From Eledone cirrhosa (lineage: Eukaryota): a stretch of DNA of 64,000 nucleotides. How positions within the stretch are numbered: position 1 is the stretch's first letter; every line of letters starts with the position of its first letter. This document shows positions 11,108 to 23,220 of the stretch, one piece after another. The notes under the pieces are model-generated. The model was not told the origin of the DNA. It saw only the letters and a program-made list of their open reading frames with translations, and ran no database searches. Position numbers and translations under genes: made by a program. The DNA lies in assembly GCA_964016885.1 (NCBI GenBank), contig OZ024746.1:102238001-102302000 (forward strand). Reading direction: 5' to 3'.

Positions 11108-13140
11108 ATCATCATCACCGTTTTACGTCCGTTCTTCCATGCTAGCATGGGTTAGATGGGTTGTCCTGTCGTGGGCAGTGTCTGGTCGGCTGACCATGCC
11201 TTGCTCATACAGGAACCGATTTGGCTTGATTTCTACAGCTGGATGCCCTTCCTAACACCAACCTCATTTACAGTGAGTGCTGGGTGCTTTTTCCGTGGCG
11301 CCTACACGTCCACTTTACAGTGTGGGCTGGGTGATTTTTTGCCGTGGCACCTCCACGACCAGCTTGCAGTGGGACGGTGTGGGTGCATATTGTCTATATG
11401 CTTCAGCTTGTGCCCTTGGGAGGTCGGGTACTCTGTATTACTGCGTGACGCCAGAGGTCACGATCATGTGTGTCATTGCCTTTGAGAGGTGTAATTGGGT
11501 AAGGTCGGCTTTTATCACCTCATCCCAGGTCTTCTTGGGTCTCCCCACTCCGCAGTTTCCATTGACTTCTAGTGCTCTGCACCTTTTTATGCAGCTGTCA
11601 TCCTTCATACGCATCACATGTCCATACCAACGCAACCGCCTCTCCTGCACACAGCATTTGATTCCTCTTATGCTTAGTCTCTCTCAATTCATTTATGCTT
11701 TGTCGTTCGCGTATATTACTATTACACATCCATCGGAACATGCAGGCTTCGTTTCTTTCTAATCTACGCAAGTCTTCCACCTTCAGTGCCCAGGTCTCAC
11801 TACCATGTAACATTGCTGTTCGGATACACGCATCACACAGTCTGCCTTTCATTTTGAGGGAGAAGCCTTTTGCAGCTAGCAGTGGCAGTAGTTCCCTGAA
11901 TTTCTTCCATCCCGTTCTTACCCTAGTTATTGTACTTTCTGAACACCCACCTCCGCTGCTAATTCGGTCACCTAGGTAGCAGAAGCTGTCTACTGTTTCT
12001 ACAGAGCCCTCCCAGAGATTGGTAGTACTTGTTTCCTGTGGCTGTCCCAGCACAGCTGCTGCATGTGAAGCCTACATTCTTAATTAAGCTTCCTGAGATT
12101 CCGCTACATTTCTTGTGTACCAATTGTTTGCATTTGGGGCAGAGAATGGAGTTCCTACTTACACCTTTCCTACATACTGAGCAAGACCATTTCTCCGAGG
12201 GGATCTGGGTTCTGTTTTCTCGTTTACTTACAAGGACCTTAGTCTTTGTCATGTTGACTTAGAGACCCTTTCTTTCTAGTCCCTGCTTCCAAGTTTGGAA
12301 TTTCTTCTCTAGTTCTACCATAGATTCAGCTCTAAGTGCGAGGTCATCAGCATACAGGAGTTCCCATGGGCATCCGGTCTTAAACTCCTCCGTTATTGCC
12401 TGCAGGACTATGATGAACAGGAGAGGGCTAAGACCAGAGCCCTGGTGGACACCAACCTGTACGCTAAATTCCTCGCTATACTCATTGCTAATCCTAACTT
12501 TGCTGACTGCTCCCCTATACATAGCTTGTACAGCTTTCACAAGCCATTCATCTACTCCTAGTTTTCTAAGAGCCCGCCAGATTAAAGTACGTCGAACTCT
12601 GTCAAAGGCTTTCTCGAGATCGACGAATGCCAGGTAGAGTGGCTTACTTTTAGCTAGGTACTTTTCCTGTAACTGCCTCACAAGGAAGAGGGCATCAGTG
12701 GTGCTTCTTCCTGGTACAAACCCAAATTGCATCTCATCTAGTTTCACCCGGTCCCTAATCAACTGTGCTATGACTCTTTCTGTTACTTTCATGACCTGGT
12801 CCATCAGCTTAAAACCTCTATAGTTTCCTCTATCTAGTGTATCACCTTTACCTTTGTAGCAGTTGACAATGATGCTACTGCACCAATCTTTTGGTATGAC
12901 ACCTTCTCGTATTACCTGGTTAACAATACGTGTGGTTATAGTGTGACCTACAGACCCAGATGCTTTCAGCATCTCGGCAGCTATACTCGATGGACCGGTT
13001 GCCTTCCCCATCTTCATATCTTTGATTGCTTTACTTACTACGCTGCTGCTGACCCCTCTATAGGGTCTACTTGGGGTAGGGTCTCTTCTTCCCATGCATT
13101 CTCCTCATTTAGTAATCTATCATAATGGCTCTTCCATGCA
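11108..13140 (-). mobile_element. 5'-truncated RTE LINE (RT, Cys finger, C-terminus, SINE-like 3' end with (GAT)n tail)
   Basis: ORFs 12259-13095 (RT with YADD), 11968-12252 (CSVC..CPKC..HKKC..CSSC), 11598-12053, 11438-11650 (RRLRWYGHV); ATCATCATC at 11108 is the minus-strand tail. Confidence 0.92.
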
Positions 13141-13149
13141 TCAATCCAG

Positions 13150-14190
13150 CAAACATTATCCTAGAGCTTTTATTCAGGAAACTTGGACTGACAATAATGG
13201 ATACCCTCTATCATAGGTGTAGACCAGAACATGGAGGCAATATTGTAAACCTAACAGTTTGAGGAGAGGAGCTGACCATAGACAATCAGTGGGCAGTCCC
13301 ACAAAACAAAATGTGTAAACTTCAAGAAGGGCAGTGACATGTCTACCTTTATTACTGACAAAGAACTCAATGATGGTGGGTTGGATGAGGTCAAACAGTA
13401 TCAGACAGGTCGACATATCGCCAGCAATGAAGGTATCTGGCAGATATTTGGATTTGATATCCACCAATGCCACCCAACAGTGGTCAACCTAACTGCTCAT
13501 TAGTTGGCACAAGCACCACCTGACACTACTCTACATTTTTAAACTCAGCCAGAATGATGAATTTGTTCGATCCTCCTGTATGCTGACATCTCAACATACT
13601 ATACCAGGACCAATTGTAAGACATGGCATCAAAGGAAACATGGTCATTTAGTGCAAGGTTATGAAATCAAGGCAAGTGATGCAATTGGGCATATTTATAA
13701 TGTCCACCCTGACAACAGCGTTTTTATTTACGGCTACTTATGCATATTGTTCAAGGACCAACGTCATTTGAGGATCTCAGATGCTTTGTAGGAAGGGTGT
13801 GCACAACATACCAAGAAGCATGTAAACAGCATGGACTCCTGCATGACAAGGGACATAAGAAGAAGAACCTAAAAGAAGCAGCAGTCATTTGAGTAGCCAG
13901 TTAAATAAGACAGTTGTTTGCTATGATACTCGCAACATGTGGAATTGACAAAACTCATCCACTCTGGCAGGAGTACAAAAACAATATGTCAGATGACTAT
14001 CTACACCTAGCCCAAAGACTAACATGTATATGGAATATACCCCCTAGATTTACAATCAAGCTCTCTGTGACCTGTCCCATCGAGTTCAGGCAATGAATAG
14101 CACATTAGCTAAGTGCGGGATGCCAGAAATTGAGGAAGCACAAGAAGTTTTTCAGGAGACAAACTACAATTTCACAGATTCCAGCAATGA
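13150..14190 (+). mobile_element. Helitron Rep/helicase coding fragment, degraded
   Basis: Manual translation gives DEVKQYQTGRHIASNEGIWQIFGFDIHQCHPTVVNL, IGHIYNVHP, YLRLLMHIVQGPTSFEDLR..TYQEACKQHGLL, RQLFAMILATC, motifs typical of the region between the Rep and Pif1 domains of Helitrons; many stops and indels. Confidence 0.8.
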
Positions 14191-14351
14191 CAACTGCCTT
14201 GTAGTATTAATTGCACAATTCTCAGTTATGGTTCTTGGTTTTTCTCTTCTCTTCAACTATTTCTTTTCAATTTTGGAGGGTAGTCACACATGGTTCTTCT
14301 TGTTGCTGCTGACCCCAGTATCAGCATTATTAGTGTTGTTAAGATTATAAT

Positions 14352-14540
14352 AATTGTTTCTACTTTTGACACAAGGCCAGCAATTACCCAGTGCATTACT
14401 GGTACTTTATTTTATCGACCCTGTCAGGATGAAAGGCAAAGTTAACCTTGGCAGGATTTGAACTCAGAACGGCAAGGGCCATAACTATGCATCAAAAAAT
14501 AGCGCCCGACCCTCTACCGATACTACCATTCCACCGTCTT
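14352..14540 (-). mobile_element. tRNA-derived SINE
   Basis: Minus strand has B-box GAGTTCAAATCC and body TTGCCTTTCATCC..GGGTCGATAAAATAAAGTACCAGT; many copies in the window. The body resembles the Meta-type SINE domain (from memory, unverified). Confidence 0.75.
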
Positions 14541-14859
14541 CTGTTAAAATAATAAAAAAGCTGTATAGAATTTTACTACAGCCAAATAAATATAAAGATA
14601 GGTTTAAGATCTGTGTAGTGTCTAGTTCTACCGGTTAGAAATGTCTTATTGGTATTTTCCGGAGTGCTGTTTTTCAAAAAAAGAAAAAAAAAAAAAAAAG
14701 GGTGGGGGTGAGGGGCTGACTCATAAACTGAGAATATCCTTGAATAAATTCAGTCAGATTTTAACTTTTAACAGAAAATATCTAAAAATGGGTTTGTTAA
14801 GTCAAATGTTAATAGTACCTTTAGTTGTGAAAATTTCTATTAGACAAAACACTTTAATA

Positions 14860-15045
14860 TTTGTTTCTACTTTTGACACAAGGCCAACAATTATCTCAAT
14901 GTATTACTGGTACTTTATTTTATGGACCCTGTAAGGATGAAAGGCAAAGTTAACCTCGGCGGGATTTGAACTCATACTGTAAGGGAGCCATAACTATGCT
15001 GCAAAGCGCGTTGTCCGACCCTCTACCGATACTGCAAACCCACCT
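14860..15045 (-). mobile_element. tRNA-derived SINE (same family)
   Basis: High similarity to 14352-14540 and 57826-57992. Confidence 0.75.
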
Positions 15046-16351
15046 TAATATTTAATGTGATGCAGTCAATTATGCTAAAAATAATGTCAGTCATGGTTGT
15101 TAATTTATTACATATTAAAAATACAAAACAAAACAAATATATATGTAAATAAAAATGCTTACACTAGCATTATCAATTAATTCACCAATAAAACCTTCGA
15201 CATATACCTTGCTACTGCATTTTGATGCAGTACAAGCTGTTGCGATAATAATCTTGACTCTTCCTGGAATTTTCTGGAGGAGGGGGGGGGGGGGGGGCAG
15301 AGAGAGAAATGAATCGATGACATCATCTTCAGATTGGCATAAGTAGAATGGGCCGCCACAATGGGTTGGAGTGATCTCACCTTGTTCATTCCAGATTTGG
15401 CATAGTTTCTATGGCTGGATGCCCTATCTAATGTCAACCACCATACAGAGTGTACTGGGGTCATTTTATCTGACCCCAGCAGATCTTATACTGCTAAATT
15501 TCACTGTTTCTAGTTCTAGATTTGCATCTTATAGGAAATTTCTCAGGTGTTTCAATGCCAGGGGCTCCAATCCTATCATCAATACCTTTGTATAACCATA
15601 ACACATGCTGTTATTTGTTTTTTATCATCAGTGTCCAAGACTCGTTAGGATCAAAACATGTCTGGGTTATTAAGTTAATTGCTATTAACCAACAACAATA
15701 ACACTGTCATGCCCTATGATGTTTATGCAAATAATTTAGAATCCTTTACATTCAGAAATTTTACCCAATTGAGTAGCGATAGTAATTTATACTAGCAGTC
15801 ACCTCAAATAGAAGGAACCATGTACAATAATATTACCGCAGGCTTTTAAATGCTCACTGCCTTAAATATGGTAACATTCATTTGAGTTTTTTTTTTTTTC
15901 ATTTTGGTTGTGTCCCCGAGTTAAATATGTAAAAAATGTTTTTATCAATCAACTCCAACTTTTAAAGTATTCAAAACTGACTTGGAAAACACTGTTGAGT
16001 CACAAATATAGAGTTTACACCTAGGAAGGTTCAGCTGGACTTTATAAGGTTGCATCTCAGGAAGTTTTTTTTTGGGGGGGGGGGGGGGGGGAGCATGGAA
16101 AACACCATGAAATGAAGTGACTTAAATAGCTATCATAAATTCCAAGAGTCTATTTTAACTCCAATTTCGTTAGGTAAAATCTTCCATAAACCCTTTAGTT
16201 ACCAACCCGACCAAAACCAGCTATGGTTCTACAAAATAAAATCACCCATTTTAAAGGTTTCCAATTTGTATTAAAATCTTCCAACCTAATTTTATATAAG
16301 AACCTTACATTAAGTTACTATCTTAGTAAATTCTTCAATAATTAATTAAAA

Positions 16352-16787
16352 CTAGCAGAAAAACCACTCTTGGGGTTGTTTTTCTGCTACCATGTGTAGT
16401 GTGTATATTGATATTATACGCAGGTATATATACATGCAGATATGATACATCAAATAAAATCGTAATTGACAATATATAATACACAGAAATTGAACGAAGA
16501 CTGTGTTACACTGTCTTATTTAATCAGTAACATATTCCATGATACATTAAAAAAGACGATATTTTATATAAACTGCATTAGGACAAAATTAGTATGTTTA
16601 TTGAAGCGAGGGCCAACCGGAAGTGTTGACATTTCAGAAATTTGTGAAGTGAATCTTTAAATAAACAAAATATATTTAATCAACAGCCACGAAATTTAGT
16701 AGATAAATTATGTAATATTCATTCATTATTTACAAACGGAATAAAAAAAAAAAAACGTACGGAATCCCGCAGACCTTCCTTTATAGA
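16352..16787 (-). mobile_element. non-autonomous Helitron, nested in a TTAA MITE (~16190-16828)
   Basis: Homologous to 47712-48187 and 57091-57537. Minus-strand 5' TC, 3' CTAG with terminal hairpin TAGCAGAAAAACC...TTTTTCTGCTA. Flanks are AACCCTTTAGTTACC and ATGAAAGGGTTAA. Confidence 0.7.
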
Positions 16788-17054
16788 TAAAGTGCATTTC
16801 ATTAGAAATGCAGTCATGAAAGGGTTAAATAGAATGCTAGCTACTCACTGTTAGATGATGGGGACTATAGAGCCTTAATATAACATTTGTAGTGGATTTC
16901 ATTGAAAATACAGTACACGAATCAGCATTGACTGAGCCAGGTTACCTCAAGTCATATCTAACCAAGCAAGTCTCAGATCAAAGATATTCCACCTCACACA
17001 GGAATAATCCCTCTCAAAATATCTAATACATCCTTTATTTAGGGCATGTTTTAA

Positions 17055-17274
17055 CCCTTTTGATACAAAACTACTAGAAACTGCCCCAGGTTTTATCATA
17101 CAAATTTGCTTGTTTTAAAGTGTTTCTATTTATCTAAAAATCTATCATAATTTTATGTAAGGACCTTTATTAAGTTATGCCCCAACAGCAACATAATGAG
17201 AAAGTTTGTTATTCCTAAATCCCTCCAAATTGTTTATTATTTTGAAAATTATTTGCAATATGGTAGTAAAAGGG
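17055..17274. mobile_element. piggyBac-type MITE with TTAA target duplication
   Basis: TTAA|CCCTTTTGATAC ... GTAGTAAAAGGG|TTAA. Confidence 0.75.
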
Positions 17275-17839
17275 TTAAAGGATATCTGACTACTATTTGT
17301 AGCACATCAAACTAACACATGCAGTAGTAAGTCCACATGTTATATTAGAGACAGCTAATTTCAATCTAGTGATTTGATTAAAACAGATCTACAAGCAACA
17401 GACCTACTGGTACGGTCCTTTAATTTAAATTTATTATTGACTAATTTTTTACCAACATAGATCACCTTAGCAAGACAGACTGTATTATCTCATACAAGCA
17501 CTAATGTTATTCTCTCTTTCAAGACTCATTCACTGTTAACTATTTTATGTTGCTGTCTAACAGCAAGTCTTTGAATTTACAAATGCCACATTATTAGTCA
17601 TAGAATGTTATCTCCAAAACTTCATTTAAATAGTCTTAGGCCACATAATTTAGCTGTTTTTTACTGCTGAAATTTAATATTTTCACTTAGTAATAAATGA
17701 AATAACTTCTTTGAAGATACTCAGATAAAGGTTTGATAAATTTGAACAATGCTATAGAATTTCACAAGTATTTGTAAAATTTATCTCATTCCAGCTTCTA
17801 TGAATAAAACTCATCAACATTCTTTATATTTTATATTTA

Positions 17840-18930
17840 ATAATCACTTTACAGAGTGTACTGGGTGCATTTTATGATATCAGCACTAGAGAGGTTGTCA
17901 ATCATTGACTCAAATGTAGAGTCTTTGGTTGGATGGGCTGTCATGGTCCAAGACCACATGGGTTGGAATGACCAACCCTGCTCATTACATTTCACATGGT
18001 TTCTATGGCGTGATGCCATTCCTAATGCCAACCACATTGCAAAGCAATACTACAAATAAAATATATCACCGATTGGATATATTTTATTATGGTACTAACA
18101 CTAACATTTTACAAGATGTACTGTGTATATTTTATCATGGCACCAGCACTAGAGAGGTTGTCATATGCTAGGCCAGACAGTCCCCACAAACCCTTTATTG
18201 TCTCCAGTTTCAATTGCTAAACAGTGTAGCTGCTGGCCTGTCACTACGTTACTGTGTTGCAGTGCTTGTATTGGTAGACTGGTCTTTAACATTATAGCAC
18301 ATTACCATCAACTCAGTTTAGAGTCATTGTCATCAAGTTCAGTTTTTTTAGGTAATTCTTCACAACTTCATCCCATGTCTTCCACAGGTTCCAGCAACCT
18401 CAAGTACTTGGTACTTTATTATATACAACTGTTGCTCTCCTTCCACATCACATACTAAACTGCCCCTCATATGTTATATTCAGGACTTATGCTCAACTTT
18501 TCTCTCAGTTCACTTGTGCTGTTGTTCAGGCACACAACCATTACAGAACCTAATCATACATGTCCCATTTCTTTTTTAGACACCACAAATGTTCTGCATT
18601 CAAGGTCTCATTACCATGCACCATTGCAGTTCAAATACATGCATCATATAATTTGCCCTTCACTCAGAAAGAGAAGCCCTTTGTTACTAGCAGAGGTAAC
18701 AGCTCCCTCAACTTCTTCCATTTTATCTTCTACTACATCCAGTGAGCCTTCTGAACATTTGAGTGAGTATATTTCTTGAATATCCTTACTCTTGTGCACG
18801 TTCCACATACAAAGTCTATCCTCCCTGTTAATCAAACTGGGATCCCACTACATGCCTTATGTGTTCACAGTCTACAATGGGTACACCATATGGAATTCCA
18901 ACCCACGAATCATGGCCATTTTCCCGATAT
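17840..18930 (-). mobile_element. old RTE 3' fragment plus RTE-related SINE pieces
   Basis: Remnants of ELLPLL..KGFSF, LYDAC, HG-ET on the minus strand; GATGCCATTCCTAA motif. Confidence 0.6.
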
Positions 18931-18999
18931 TCTTCTTGTGACACTAAACTCCGTCAATTGCAGACTGCGCATTAACATGTGATATCACTTTCCACAAAG

Positions 19000-19822
19000 T
19001 TTGATCACCAGCAGCAAAGTTCAAAGAGCAAAGATCAAGTCCAGTCCATAAGTTGACATTATCAAGCCATTGTTTTGGCTACCGGCCTTTGCTTCTCTTA
19101 CCAGCCAACCTTCCTTCCAGGCATAACCTACTCACACAAGTTGAACTTTTTATATGGCCATATAGTTTGAGTACTCTTGACTTGACAAATGATGTAATTG
19201 GTCTAAGTTTGGTAATGTTGAGCAGCTCAGTGATACAGATACGGTCGCTGAGCCGCTTGCCAGTCATAAGTCTCATGATGTGGTTCTGGAATGTAGAGAG
19301 CTTCTGAAGTGACCGTGTCAAATTAACACAGTCAAGACCATATAACACAACTGGTAGGATGTAAGTATCAAAGATCTTAGCCTTCAAATGATAGGAAACT
19401 CGTTTTAATGTTAGTACTTCCTTGTTCTTGTGGAAAGTTGCCCAACCTAAAGCAATTCAATATTGCGCAGCAACCATTCCATTGTTGTTTGATGATAGTT
19501 TGTGACCTAGATATACAAACGCCGTAACTTGAGCAATTTGCTGGTTGTAGATTGGCATTGTTTTTATCAGTTGTCATACATTTTGTTTTGGAGATGTTGA
19601 TGTGTAAGCCAACCTCCAGTGAATGTTTGGCCAGTACATTCAGAAAGTCTTGCAGATCAGTTCTAGAGTAACTCATGATGGCCAAATCGCCTGCATAGCT
19701 AAGATTGGATAGGATTTTACCTCCTATTTGATAGCCAGAGGAGCATTCTTCTTCAGTTTGGTAGATAAGTGCAGCTATAACTATACAGAAAAGAAGTGCT
19801 GATAGTACATCTCCCTGCTTGT
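19000..19822 (-). mobile_element. non-LTR retrotransposon (RTE-like, second family) RT/C-terminal fragment
   Basis: QGDVLSALLF (manual), GLHINISKTKCM, KIFDTYILPVVLYG, LKLYGHIKS, LEGRLAGKRSKGR. Confidence 0.75.
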
Positions 19823-21139
19823 GTCAAGTCACTCTTGAGTGCTACTGGTAACATGTACCCAGTACAACTTGCCATATGGTTGGGTTGTTGGTGACTAAAC
19901 CGGCAACCCTACCAAGTTTAATTGGTGAGGAGGGTGATTCTGGACTTCCTGTAGGACAAAAAACAAAACCTAACAAAGGGTATAAGAACTCATGAGTCAA
20001 CAACCACCAAAAAATGTGTAAATATGTATATATTGTATGGGTGTATATAGGATTGATTGCACGTTTTCCTGATATATATATATAGCTTATTTTACAAAAG
20101 GGAATGTCTTTGATATGCTTTCTGAAAAATGAGTGGGTGTGCATTGATGTTCTCTCTTTCACTGCCTGTCTCTCTCTCTCTCACTCACTCACTGCCTCCA
20201 TTCTCTCGCTCTTATAAGCAAATAGGGGCCCACACGCTGTCGTCCCGCAGTCCCAGCAGACAATCGAGAAAACGTGGAGGAAGAGCCATTCCAAATTATG
20301 AGACCCACTCTGTGCCATGGTGGTTAGTGTTGGTCCTAAGGCCAACAACACCAGAATTACCTCTGTTGATGCCATACCAATTTAACTGATATACAGAATA
20401 GCTCTGTCAAACACAAACCCAATATTTACATGGACTGTAAGCAGATCGGTTTGTTTTTTCTTTAATCAGAATGGAGTATTCATAAATTTAAAGATTTACA
20501 TTAAAGAATGCTCCAGAACATTGGTGTTCAACCGAAATGGTTACAGGATATATTCATTCTTAAAAATAAGAGAAATATTTGAAAAATCAGCCAAGTATCA
20601 CATGAGAGTAATTTCTGATGTTAACGTATAGATAAAAAAGATGGAGTATATAATTTAATATAGAAATGGCTTCTACAGGACTAGAACTATTTCATTTGAG
20701 AGAACGCTTTCCTGATGATTTCTGTAGAAGCCATTTCTATTTTAAATTTTGTATATACTCTACTAATGTATTGAGTACTTCACTTACCATGGTTACCCCC
20801 AATTGAACCCAGGACTCACATATATATATATAAACCAGCAGCACTTGAATTTGGTAGCAAATATTTTCATCATCATCATTGTAATTTACAGTGTGCATAA
20901 TGCTGCATACCCTTTTAATAGGACAAAATGGGGGAAAAATACACCCCAAACAATCATAATTAAGAATATCATAATTTGAATAACTTTTTTTATAACATAC
21001 TAAGAAGAAAATCCTGAATAGTGGAGTTTCCATCCTCCATCCAAATGTACAGTATCAGGATAATGGAACTTTGTTCAGGAAATACTGACTATATCTAGCT
21101 AGTAACATCTAGCCTCCTCTTTACCTGTAAGAATTCCAG

Positions 21140-22195
21140 GTTCCAACTGTCAAGGTGTGCTCCTTTCCAGCCTCTCATTGGGGTCTCGGGATACACAATC
21201 AGACTTCAATGTGTATGTTAGCACTGACCACCTGACATGCAAAGGAGTGATTGGAAGGAATGGCGACCTCAATCTAAATACAAATGGAGGCCTTATTAGA
21301 CTTCTGTTCTAGCAATGGACTATTATGAACACTTTCCAGCACAGAGACATCCATAAATATACATGGTATAAGGGGAATCAGAGTCAGATATCAATAATTG
21401 ATTTTGTTATTGTCTCTAATCTCTTTGATCCTGTGCTGGACGTTTGTGTTAAGGGAAGGGCTGAACTATCAACTGATCACCATCTAAAGACTACCTAAAG
21501 CCAAAGAAGCCCACAAAACCAGCAGGTCCAGGGTAACCTACAGGATAAAGTAGGAAGCATTGGTGGATAGGGAAGTCAGGACCAGGTATGCAGATACTAT
21601 TGCATCCAAATTCAGAGATCTCCCTGAGCAAACTGATGACATTGAGACAGAGTGGAGATTGCTCAGCTCAAGAGTTTCTGTTTCAGTCGTTAAATGCTGC
21701 GGGCGAAAGAGGCTTGGTGTGGTGCCGGGAAGTAGGAGGACCTCTTGGTTCAATCAAGAGGTTAAAGATGCCATTAGAGTAAAGAAGGAGGTTTACAAAG
21801 CTTGGCTTGGAAATAATTCCTCATTCTTGCACTTGCGGTACAAGCAGGCACAAAAAACTGCAGCAGTATCAGTAAAAGCGTCCAAAGTTAAGTGATGGGA
21901 GGACTTTAGAGTTAAGCTGGAATTTTCGGAGCTGTGATCTCTCAATTCAGAGAAGTAACGGCTCTACCTGGAGTCAATCCAGGTAGAGCCGTTACTTCTC
22001 TGAATTGAGAGATCACAGCTCCGAAAATCATCCGGAAAAAGACCCAGACCAAGATGGTTGGATAACATCCATCAGCTTGGCTGGTCACGCTTGGGGATCC
22101 AGCCAGATCAGTTGGAGACGGTTATTTCTGACAGGACTTGCTGGAAGGAGTGTTTGAGAACCTCTCAGGAATAAGTGGGTGAAGAAGAAGAGAAG
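21140..22195 (+). mobile_element. internally deleted RTE-type LINE (endonuclease C-half joined to 3' end through a fold-back)
   Basis: MNTFQHRDIHKYTW, IDFVIVS, ELSTDHHL, SWFNQEVKDAIRVKKE; 3' part VEPLLL-IERSQLR, RPRPRWLDNI; GAAGAAGAAG tail; the same 3' end recurs at ~2700-2870. Confidence 0.75.
21922..22028. repeat. perfect inverted repeat: 51-bp arms, 5-nt loop
   Basis: 21922-21972 is the exact reverse complement of 21978-22028; loop GTCAA. Confidence 0.97.
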
Positions 22196-22439
22196 ATATA
22201 TATGTGTGTCTTCTTTATTATGGCGAGGTGAAACTTCAGAGTAACAAGTTTCATCTTTTAAAGAATATTTAAACTATTTCAGTATTGATAACTCATTCTT
22301 ACATCCCTCAACATGACACAGTTGTATGTTGACTTGTTTTTGAGTACAACCACATTTTGTTGCATCCCTTCAACGATGTAGTGTCTCAACTTTGTAGGGC
22401 TAGTAAAATAAAGACATGCACCAACATTGCAACAACCAA

Positions 22440-23220
22440 GACACCACTTCAACATTGGACACAGCAGTATCAGCAATCAAAGAATTAGAACTACTCCTAC
22501 CTTTACAACATCTGGGTGGCAAAACTACATAAGTGGCCCAGTGTTTCATTGGGGATCCCAGCATTGCTCTAGGTGGGGGTGGAGAATAAAAACAAATCTC
22601 TATCTCAGGCGGGTAAAATTCCTGAGATCCATGGATGAGTTCTCTCCAGGGATCTCTGTCTATCACTGTCATGCCCTGCATCTCCCAGAGGCCAGTGTCT
22701 GTCCTTAGGAAATCAATATATGTCAATCTTGGTACACAGTAGAAGAGAGGAACAGGTTCAGTGCTTTATGTGGAGAGGCAGAGGAGAGTGTGACAAGGAG
22801 GTACAGGTACTTCACCACTGCAGTGGCAGAAACAAGTGAGGCCCTGGTGCCAAGGAGAGAGAGGAAGAACGTCAGCTCTGCAGACCCGAAAGTGTGTGCA
22901 GCCAGAGAACACTTGAAAGCTGCCAAGGATCAATTCCATGCTGATTCTACAGAGAGGAAGGAGAATGTGTAGGTGATGAAGGAAGAACTTTGTACTGCTT
23001 ACACTGAAGCCAGAGAGGAGGCGCTGATAGAGAAGATCAGAAGTGTTGGGAGAGCGGTTGACAGGTCTAGGTGTAAAGAGAGCTGGACGATCATCAATGA
23101 GATCACAGGGAGGAAGAGAGGAAGAGGAAATGGCTAGACCATTTTAAGACCCTACTAGGAAAGCCACCTTCCACAGCCCAGAACACTGGAGAGATCAGGC
23201 AGTTGTTTGAGGAAAAACAA
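22440..23220. mobile_element. LINE fragments in opposite orientations (3' end on minus, internal piece on plus)
   Basis: Minus-strand TYIDFLRTDTGL..DRDPWRELI resembles a LINE C-terminus; the plus-strand piece ends ..SWTIINEITGRK, typical of the endonuclease-RT linker. Confidence 0.5.
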
